The translations under genes were made by a program, and so were the position numbers. Below, piece after piece: positions 41,200 to 51,800 of a DNA stretch of 64,000 bases (position 1 is its first letter; every line of letters starts with the position of its first letter). A model generated the notes under the pieces. The model was not told the DNA's origin. It was given only the letters and a program-made list of their open reading frames with translations, and made no database searches. This DNA comes from Lingula anatina (taxonomy: Eukaryota; Animalia; Brachiopoda): NCBI GenBank assembly GCA_051362555.1, contig CM120646.1, forward strand, positions 14,136,001-14,200,000. Direction: 5' to 3'.

Positions 41200-44100
41200 T
41201 CACCAAGAAGGAGGGATATCTTCTCCAGCCATTCTCAGTGGCTGACCGTTTATCATGATATCATCCAATTCTAAGTTTTCCTGGAAATATGAAACAAAAA
41301 TTATATACCAGTATAATTATATGTTCACTGTTGCCTGGTCAAGATATAATTAGCTTTTAGACATTTATTTAGAGTAATAACCCTACATGTCAATGTTTAT
41401 TACATTAAGGAGATGTTTTAAATAAGTGAGTGGCTTTTAAACTGATAATGTAACTCACTTTGTGAGATGCATGGTTGTAAAAATGCATAAAACTGATAAC
41501 ATCTCACTGGCAGATTCAAGTCAGAAGGGAGAGGGGTGCCAATGAGGTTGTGGGGTGGGGGTTGCACCTCCCACCTCTGACTATGCATCTGTACAACATT
41601 TTTATCTAAAGAGTGATCAAAGCAGCTCATTGGTCTTCTTGTTCTTAATATATGGCCACACTCAGAACAGATGATCTGGAGACTTACTGGTCCGCTGATC
41701 AAATATGGCTGAAACCACTTGAAAGCAATGCCACTTATTCCCTAATGGCCTCACTGCCTACCACATGGTCCAAGGTTAAATTGCTAGGCCCCTGCATGGA
41801 TGATGTGTGTGGAAGTGGGGAGACAGGGATTAAGAAGCATTGCTTTTAAGTGGGACCCACCATATTTAATCTGCAGATCAGTTAGTCCACAGACCATTTG
41901 CTGTGAATGCCACCATACACATACCTCATCACTTGAAGACTCCTCGTCTTCCTCGTCATCTTCATTGGCATTTTGCCACTGTGAAAAAAGGGCCCCATTG
42001 TTGATGAGGAGAGTGGCTATATCTTGGTATCTGGAAGATATTTGAGAGGCAGGGTATTAGCACATGCCTGGTATGATTATGAATCATGAATAACACAATT
42101 TTTGTGAATTCTCACTTAATGGTAGCAAATACTACATCATCTACATGTAACACATTACCAGTAGTTAAGCACCACAAACACACTTGCTTTTTTATAATGA
42201 TATGTTGCTTTTACAAAACAAAACAAACAAACAAAAAAAAATTAAAGCATGTGAAAACTATGTCAGACATTTATTATTCTTTACAAATAATAAAAAAGAA
42301 AGAAAGAAAAAATGAACATAAAAATTAAAGCATCCTATCCAAACATGTTGGAAAGCTTCCATTGTAAAAGATAATAAACATATAAAGAATAAACAAAAAA
42401 TATCCTTTACCTTCTACCCATTGCTAGTGACAGAGGGCTACAGTTGTCATATGTCCTGGCATCCAGGTTGATATCAGGTTGACTGAGGAGGTAATACAGG
42501 AGTTCAATGTCCCGTGTTTCTACAGCATGGTGGAGGATGGTGCGGCCACTTTTACCATCCTGGGGGCAATCAGAGTAATGGTCAAATCAAAGTTAGATTT
42601 TGTACCATAAATAGTATGGTTAGAGTAATGAGGAGAAGAAAGATGACGTAAAAAGGAAGTGCTAGCACATTTGGAATAATAAGACACTTGAATACAGAAA
42701 TATCTTATTCTGACAGTAATTATATTAAAATCATCATGCAAAAGCAAATATATATAAAAAATGATAAAAATTAATATTTTATTCAGTCAGACTATGTGTC
42801 ATTCCCATTGCGTTCAGCGAGTCACCACAGAATCAGACTGATCCAAGTAGACTGATACATGTAGTTTCAATGGGAATAAGCCCTAGGATTAATGAATTTC
42901 AATATGAAACTGTTATAATTCTATATCAGATGTAACGGGCAGTTCAGAAAATCAACACACCTTGACGTTGATGTCAGCTCCCAGTGAGATCAGGTAGTCA
43001 ACAGCACCAATATGTTTCCTTGACGCAGCCAGGTGAAGGCAACTCTGGCCTGGTGGTAAAACCAATAAAAAACTGTTTACCAAATAATATAATTTATAAT
43101 TCTGACGAGTGAATGGTGTTTGACTTTTGAACACAAAGTGCATGTTGATATGATAATTCACTTTGAATACCAATTTTATTATTTTTATGCAATACTGTCA
43201 ATAATATGTCCAAAAAATATTCTCTTTGGTGACACTTTTAGATGAAAAGAAATCCTGAGAGAGGAAAAATTGGAAAAAATGAAGTGCTAGCAGAATCAAC
43301 CCATCTCCAAATTCTTTCAGCTTAAGTGGCTTACATGTCTGGCACGCCTACTGAAGCTGCTACATGATAATTAATTACCCCCTAATAGCCTCAGTTGGTG
43401 TGCCAGACATTAGAGCTACGTAAGCTACATATGTAATTTAACGAGAAACCCCTTGGAGTTGCATCGATCCTTCTAGATCGATCTTGGTATGGGAATGGGA
43501 TCACTGACCCACCTTCATAGTTCAACAGGTCCAGGTCCTGCGGTATCTTCTGGTATGGTATTGTGTATCTACTTCTGCAAACCTCGCGGTATGTTACTGG
43601 CGTTGTCAGCATGCGTATGCACTCTGTGTCTCCGTCACGACTCGCCAGATGGAGGGGCGTATTCCCATTGTGGTCATAAGTTTCAATCGTAGCACCTGTT
43701 GAAAAATAAAATCACGTCTTCTTTGAATATACAGTGTACCCTGATTTAGAGCATTCAAGTTTTCTTTATCATTCAACTTTCTTTTGAAATTATGTAAATT
43801 TAAAAAAAAAAACTTTACTTTTTGAATTTTACTAAAAGTTTCCAAAATTATGCTCATTAGACCCCCCCCCCCCCTTGTAGCATTTAAAATGATAGTCTTG
43901 AGCGTACAGATGGCAATCACACCCCCCCCCCCCCAAAAAATAAGTGCCATCAGAAATTAATCAGACATGTCTGAGAAAGTGTGATAGGAAATGACACGAA
44001 ATATTCAGACATTATCCCAGCATAATCAGAAATTTGAACATTGGAGTAAATGGACACAGATACACTGTATCAGGAAATACTCTAAAAATTGCAGTAAAAA

Positions 44101-47100
44101 CGAAATATTCTTAGTCTGGGAATTATCCAAAATTAGGTCTGAGAAATTCCCAGCATTTTCTACAATACTTTGTCTGTCCATTGCCAGCTACATTTTACTA
44201 TTTGCAGTTTTTGTTTGCCTGAGGAAATCCCATCATTTCTGTCCATTTTCTACAAATGGAGTTCTTACCAAACATAAAATTTCTCATCATTTCTGATAAT
44301 TTCCTGCTGTTGAATATCTGATAAAAACACCTTTTAAATAATTTTTATAGCATTCTTAACAGTACTGATGTCTATTTAATCATTTTTGGAGGTAATGAGC
44401 ACCAGATCATGGTGGTTTATAGAATATAATAGTTTAAATTAAATTTAAAATATATATATGAATGTCAGTTATTTCAGGTATGTACTAACGGATGGAAGGT
44501 TCTACCGGTAAATTAGTTAGCACAGCTATAGTCACTGACTAAACTAAATCCAAATTGGAAACTGCTGAAGTGTTGGTTTAAGCAAAATTTGATGTAATCT
44601 ACGTCCAATCAGGTCACCTAAAACAGATTTTGTCCAAACTTGTTTCACTTTGTCTGGGTATTTCTGATCATTTCCAGTTTCTGAGTTGTTGTTTTTTAAT
44701 GAGAAAGTTGGTCTAAGTAAACCCTGGAATATCTGTTACTTTCCAGAGCTATCAGAGATTGTGGGACAGTTTTCTGTATTTCTGATGATTTCCAGCTTTC
44801 TACTACAACACATCTTACTGGAAATTTATCAAATTATGTCTTGGAAAGGTCTCACTAATGGTCCACAAAATCCCTGTAGTTTTGTGTATTTCTGATAATT
44901 GAAGTCCTTAGGCTAGCAATTTCTGATCAGAAATAGTTAGATCTTTTTGACTGGGTACCCTACAGAACAATGCCACGCACAAAACATCAACAATACTTAT
45001 GTATTACTACTACTACTATACTAATACTACTACTACTATTAATATTTTAAAAACCATTTCACTATGCATACATTTAAGAATTAAGAGCAACTTACAAAAT
45101 ACACAAAGCTTTTAAAAACACCAACAAATAAAAAATAAAATGACACAGACAGTCACATTGTTCCATTTAAGAACTACCAGCCCATAGCCGGGAAAAAGTC
45201 CACTCTAGGTAAAATTTTATCTAGGTACTAGAAGGTTTCATGGTAAAAAGTCCACTTTTTCAAAAAATAATCCCCCTTTTGAAATTGCTGGTTATGTTCC
45301 TTACTACTGTATCATCACAATGTTGTGATTCCTCCAAGAACGCATTTTAAAATTACAGCTCCGCCTACCTGCAGTCATAAGTTTTCTCACTATGACAGGT
45401 GACTGTGTGAGGACTGCCAAATGAAGAGGGGTCTGGCCTAGGAAGTTGGCTATGTTCAAATAGTGGTACCTGGGTGCCCAGGAAATGAACAGGGACGCCT
45501 CCCTCTCAAGACACAGGATGATTGCTATGTGAAGTTGCCTGAAAGCACATTTAAAGAAAACACTGAATTCAAAAAAGTCATTAATTTATTTGAATTTTTT
45601 AAAATGATTTAATTTAATACCATACACACTTGTGTTTATCTGCTGACAGTCAGCATGATGTATAACATGCCAATTCTCAGATAAAGTTCAATACTCTAAA
45701 TTATTATTTAAAAGTGCTTTAACTAAATTCTGATAATACACTGAAAACTTAGTGACAGTCACTTAGTCTATATATAAAATTAAAAATATGAAATAACATC
45801 ACATTACATTCTATAGCTCTTGCATATTTTTATTACTTTTTATTGAACTGTTTAGTCAGTTAAAACTGACTTTTCATTTAATATAAAGCAAATTCCTTTT
45901 ATCATATTTCTTAACTTTAGTTTTACATTATTGAGTCTATCAAACAATATATATTACTTGGATTTAAGTATTATTATTATTATTATTATTATTTAATCCA
46001 TAATTCTTGTTTTCAGTTTAAATTGGCATTTTGCACGAACAAAAATGAAATCTCAATTTTTTACCACAAACAATAAGCAAAATCTAGATTTTTCCACTGC
46101 GGGTAATTTTTTTCTCATTTTGGGCATAAAACATCTTACAAAGTTTCTGTGACTAAAATTATAATTATCAGTGGAAATCCCTGTGCTCACATACTCTCAT
46201 CTACTAGTAGCCACAGGTGTGTTTTATGACTATATGGAAGATTTACCATCTGTTTGCTATCACAGATACATATTTATAGATCTAAACTAAATAACAGGAT
46301 GGCATTTTGGAAATCACTGTAATGGAAATTCCTGACAATCATCATAGAAAGACTTAACATCTCAGTGCAAAAAAATAGTAACATTAATATAATATATTTG
46401 TACCAATGCCAATTACGTGTTATGACATGGAAATGACTGGTTTCTGGATGATTAGCTGTACTGGTATTTATATAGTTGTCTATTACAATAGTTCTTAATT
46501 ATAATCTAAATCTGACTCACAGGAATATATGGTGATTCATGTCAGACTCAATAACCACGTGGAATTTTCTAATTTCTGTAACCAGATCTATGACACAGTA
46601 AAAATGTTGCTAACAGCAAAATTAACTAGTAAGTACTATGTAGAATCAAAGAAATTTTTGAATCAAACAAATTTTACGTGCATGTAAAAAAAGATGATGC
46701 CAAATATAATTTTTTGATTATTGGTGATAAAATACCAAAGGTGTGTTAATGCATTGGTAATTTTTATTTTCCTTGGTTTTCCCCAAGTAAGGACAAGCAT
46801 TATAAGGAGAATAAACAGTTAAACAGAGAATATCCAAGAAGAAAAGAAGAAAAAAAAAAAAAAGACAGATCGTGGGAGGCAATGGAAAATTGTATACAAA
46901 TTCTTAAAAATAATCTATGACCACAATGCTTACATAAACTCAAAAGCACCATTGTCATGATTTAAGGGCATGTATTTAAGTATGACTCATCTTATGGGGA
47001 ATTCCCTGTTTACACAGTGAACAATGGTATTTCTTTACAATGGGGAATTTTCTGTTTACAAGATCTGGAGCTATAGTACAATTCAAGGACTGCATGTTGT

Positions 47101-50100
47101 CTGAAATGGTTCCAAGATACTGATACAAATGTACTGTTCAGTCTTTATCATTTAACTTCATTGGACATTTTGAGTCATTCATAGTTTTAAACTGAGGGTA
47201 GGGAATACCTTTTGTGTTCCGCATGATTCAATATTCTTTGTCATTGTGTGCAAGTGCAAGTCTACAAAGTGTGTTGCAGTAGGGCCACACCCGGTGCATT
47301 CAATTTTTAACCATCATGCAAATTCTTGGAAATCCATTTAGTATGTACATGTACCTGTATGTATATGCACTCTACTGGTAGTGCCTTGCAGGGATTTCCC
47401 CTTTTTTATCTAGTTTATCTAGGTTATCAAATTATCATGGTACAGAAATTCCAAACAGAAGCTGATTTATTTTTAGCTTTGTCACCCAGCAACAGTTTTT
47501 CTCTGCAGGTCTAGGGGTGGTGGTGTTGGTTCTTGAGGGTAGGGTGGGGATGGGAGAGAAGATGGGTGAAATTGTGTGTAGTAAATTTATAGACTCATGT
47601 ATATGTAATGGGATGTTTTGTACAAGGAATTTTTTTCAAAAAGATTTATAAAGGGACAAAAAAAGCAATAAGGTTAATCTATATAAACTGTACAACATAT
47701 GATGCTTTCCTTTTTTTTAAAATTGTTTTCAAGTTTCGGTGTTTGAAGAAAAAGTGTTTCTTACATGCACTGCACTATTTTCATATCATTCTTTTCTTAT
47801 TAAGACAAAAAATACATAAATGATGGACCTAGATCATGGGCCTACAGAAAAAAAAATGAAACGACGTAATTTCTGAAAGTAAAAAAAAAAAATAAAATAT
47901 CTAAATTGCTATGAAAAAATAAACCATGCACTTACGTGTCTCCATCCTCGTCCTGGAAGAATGCAACCATCACTTGCTCCTCAGTGGGTCTGACTGGAAA
48001 ACCAGAGAAACACCCAGACTCCACCCTGCTGTCCCCTAGGGAGTAACACCCAACACAATCTTCTCTGAAACAGTCTTCTCTGCCACAATTACTGGCACCT
48101 CTATAGCAATAGTCAGCCCTGATGACTGGAGAAGGATACGTATGTCTGTATGAAGTTGGGTAATTTGAAATTGGTGTAGCATAACTGAGATTACTGAACC
48201 TAGTGTTTGCATTATGGATACTGGGCATTCTCAAATGAATGGAACGGTAGGGTTGGATTTGTGGGTTATAGTTTTCGTCTGGAGGAGGTCTTGCATAAAA
48301 GATGGGAGGATTCCCCTGTATTTGTATCTGTTGTATTGTTTTTTTTTCTGTTGATGGAGAACCCACACCTTCTCTGAAAAAGTATGGGTGATTGCCTGAA
48401 ATCTGGTTTTGTTGTTGTTGTTGTTGTTGTTGCTGTTGTTGATGTACATCTTCCTGTTGATAGAGATTTTTATTCATTAGGTTTGGTTGATAGCATTGTT
48501 GTTGTTGTTGTTGTTGTTGCTGTAGTAATTGCCGTCGAACTTGCTGTTGTGTTTGCTGTTTAATTTCCCTGCTTTCTTCTTGTTCTCCTATCCCACTTTC
48601 TTGCAGGGGCATTGAAAGGTTTGCTTCCTCTCCTTCATCTTCTCTGATATTTCCCATTTTCATCAGTTCTCTTCTTAGTGTCAGTTTCTGCATGCCTGCT
48701 GACAAATCAGCAGTTATGGACTGAGAGGTGGCGACATCTGGTGCCATGGAGTCCAAACCAGAGTCTAGGGAATCTTCTTCACTGCTGATATTAACAGGCA
48801 TTGTGTTGATGGTGCTTTGCTCTTCACTGGAAATTGACCAACCAATAACAACTTTTTTTCCTTTAATTAATTGTTTTGCATTTCAAAATTATGAGAATTC
48901 CATCCAAATCTGCCCTTATTACATGTACCAGCTAGTAGTTGCAATTAATAAGGCACTCGTACTTTTGCATCACCTTTAAAAATGTATCTCATACAAATAA
49001 TCAAGAAGATAATAATAACTGTGGTAGGGTGGAGACTAAATCCATCTTTGTCCATAAACAGTCATTAGAATGATACATGCAGTACATATCAAGTTCAGCA
49101 TGAGTTCATGCCATAAGTTCGTTCTGTCACACAATCCATTAAAGCTACATGTATGACTATAAAAGCACTATGGATTTATAGGTTAAATTACCAATTTTGC
49201 TGTCCCTGTGATGGGACATTACAGGTCTCTTTGCCATCAGGTCCTGGGTCAGGTACACGCTGGTAGTGCATACTGGGTTGCAGTGATCTATCAGACACTG
49301 GCCCATATACATGTTTTACCTGCAAGGAATGGATTTATACCTACCCAGTATGTCTATTTGATATGTACATATAAAACATTTGGGTATACATGTACATGGT
49401 ATGGTACTAGTACAATGTGTAGTAAGTGCATAGGGGGTACATACATGTAAATGCATGTAAGAGACCGGTACTTGCCTTCATGAAGTACTTAAAAGATAAA
49501 CTCGCAGACAAATGGATTATATGCATCTTAATTCACAATGTTCCAGTACAATCAATAATATAATACATGCAATTTAAATGGTACAAGTTAGGTAGTAGCC
49601 ATGGTGCAATACATGGATTACTGGGGTACAAGTATGTACGTTATCTCAGTAAATATGTACCAGTACCAGTACTACATGTGGTACAATTTATGTGCAATGT
49701 ACCAGTATACATACAGGAAATCTCAAAAGATTGTGAAAATTGCGGTGGATAGATATGGTTATTTGCTGTAAAATTATCATTCGATTTAAGTGTAACAGGT
49801 GCTGATACTTGCAGCTTGGTTAGGCATTACAGACGGAGAAACAGAATAAATATACATGTACATTTACAGCAGGTCTTTTTTTTTTTAAGAAAAAAAAATC
49901 TATACAGAACCCTTGTACTGACACATACACAAAGAAATGTCGTGTTCAATGCCATGTACACTGCACCGTTTAAGTGTAAGGCCTTTCTCTCTTCCATATA
50001 AAGTACAAGTTAACGGTGCACATACGTTTTTAACAAGCAATGTAGTTAACTAACCCACCCAGGCAGACTACCCGGTACATGTATCGTTACCTGTGTCTCT

Positions 50101-50189
50101 CTTTCTGCAACTTCACATTGTACTGGCGTAGGATCTTCGTCTTCCACAGGTACAAAATCTGGTTCTACATTGCTTGGTAGGTCAGACAT
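41200..50189 (-). CDS. NFKBIA: NF-kappa-B inhibitor (IkB-alpha/cactus-like), ~631 aa
   Basis: Nine in-phase exons: 50189-50091, 49319-49192, 48826-47936, 45538-45369, 43695-43513, 43049-42961, 42559-42411, 42030-41925 and 41280-41200. Contains the DSGLDS degron, ankyrin repeats (QDEDGDTQLHIA, GQTPLHLAV, GNTPLHLA, NYEGQSCLHLA, DGKSGRTILHHAV), an acidic PEST tail and an LDDIMINGQPL C-terminus. The first two exons are less certain than the rest. Confidence 0.93.
43940..44957. mobile_element. Probable degenerate non-autonomous transposon in an IkB intron
   Basis: Recurrent CAGAAA/TTTCTG sub-repeats in both orientations and a right end TTTTTGACTGGG-TA. The left terminus is not resolved. Confidence 0.35.
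45178..45302 (-). mobile_element. Degenerate, internally deleted MITE family M2 copy
   Basis: AAAAGTCCACTTTTTCAAAAAATAATCCCCCTTTTGAAATTGCTGG matches M2. The 5-bp repeat ACTAC lies on both flanks. Confidence 0.65.
46981..47400. promoter_or_regulatory. Intronic NF-kB site cluster in IkB intron 3
   Basis: GGGGAATTCCC at 46996-47006, GGGGAATTTTC at 47042-47052, GGGATTTCCC at 47391-47400 and an AP-1 site TGACTCA at 46983. Confidence 0.6.
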
Positions 50190-50260
50190 GATTACTGCAT
50201 GAACTAATACGGATGTCTTCGCTTACAGGTACCGCCTTGTATACTTGTACTGCTCGATAC

Positions 50261-50507
50261 GAAAGTGAAACGAAAGCTTTAATTGCGCGTAGATTTTTTA
50301 CTTGTTATCTCAGTTTAACTGTTAATATCCTAGCAGCTGATATATCCACACTGTGAAAATACCTTGACTCAATAAACACATGGTATCATGTCAACTGCGC
50401 ATTTTAACATGACCAAACCCAGCGAAAATTCTCCGCGTCACCGTACACTTTTTATGAGTCGGGGAAATCCCCGGCCCCCCCGGCCTCGTTTTCGTTTTGG
50501 GATTCCC
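50261..50507. promoter_or_regulatory. IkB promoter elements: ISRE/IRF-like site and NF-kB sites
   Basis: GAAAGTGAAACGAAAG at 50261-50276, TGACTCA near 50365, GGGGAAATCCCC at 50461-50472 and GGGATTCCC at 50499-50507. All lie directly upstream of the IkB ATG. Confidence 0.65.
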
Positions 50508-51125
50508 TACTTCCTTTTCTTCTTGTGCCCGGTGCACCAATATTTGATAGGGCCTCTTTGCTATGTAAGCTACAGGTACAACAGAAATGACGACGGGTTT
50601 TACAACGCCTAATATGCACATTAATAACTCACACATGTCAGGGTGGATATTTCAAATTCCAGATATTAAAAATAGCGAATCTTTTGTTTTAAGAGTCTAG
50701 AATGTTTGTTTGGAAAAGGCATTGTTTGAGGCGGACTTTACTTGAATGATGCTGATGGTCTGATTATTTGCAATTTACGTGGTAAGTCAAGTGCTTGTCA
50801 CTTCTATTTTTTCATAAGGTATTTAGTTGTTGTCAAGTAGTATGGTAAAGTTTTATGACACCAAATGATGTAATCTGGGCCTCTAGAACTTTGCACGTAA
50901 TGTGAGTCATATATACCTGTACATGTACAGTACCGGGTAACGTACCGGTATTATATATTGGATGAGCCCCAGTTGGCAGCGGCAGTAGGCAGTAGGCAGT
51001 AAATGTATTATGTGCCAAGTTATTGTAAGGTGTTTCTGTGTGACATGTACAGGAGTGGTAGCCACAGTCCTTGGTCCCATATGATTAGTACACATGTAGG
51101 TTAGGGTTAGTCGTAGTATTGACTA

Positions 51126-51461
51126 TAGTGGGCTGGATTTGGTCTTAAAGATCACAAATGATCTAACACGGTCTTAATCATTACAGCAGTAGTCTTAAAA
51201 TGGACTGAATATGCTTTTAAGGTAAAAAATGATCTAACATCTGCTTAATTAGTCAAGCAGTTTCCTCCCCTCACAATGGGGGATACCTCTCCTCACAATA
51301 GAGGACACGTACCCCCTGTACCTCTGCTCACAATAGGAGAATGTGTAAGGGGAGACAACTTAATTGGCTGTCAGTGCAGAAATGGTCTTACTCATGGTTT
51401 AAGATCACATAAGACTATTTGTGATCTTAAATTGCACTTCAATACCAAATCAAGCCCACTA
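51126..51461. mobile_element. MITE with ~18-bp TIRs
   Basis: TAGTGGGCTGGATTTGGT...ACCAAATCAAGCCCACTA, an inner inverted repeat AAGATCACAAAT/ATTTGTGATCTT, and three internal CTCACAAT repeats. Confidence 0.7.
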
Positions 51462-51800
51462 GTGAATTAGTATATCACATTGATATATGGGACGAATGTA
51501 ACCTGTGCAAATTAAGTAATTATGCGGAACGGACTACTGTACAGTACACAATGACTACGGTTCCTAGCCGACTACCATTCCTGCCACACCAGTACGGCAG
51601 TGAGTGCCAAGTGTATAAAATAACTGCCAGTTGTCTAAAATTGAAAAATCATTAGAAATGCTAGCTTACATGTACATTAATACATGCATGTATTACCTTT
51701 GAAAGTGATGCCATACATTTTCATGCTCTAATTAATTTTATACACTGTATCAATGTTACGTGTTACCTATATATCAGTATTCCATGCATTTCAGACAAAG

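Noticed and set aside
51098-51110. TTAGGG-like words (also near 61146 and 22821)
   Set aside because: At most two units, too short to call an interstitial telomeric array.
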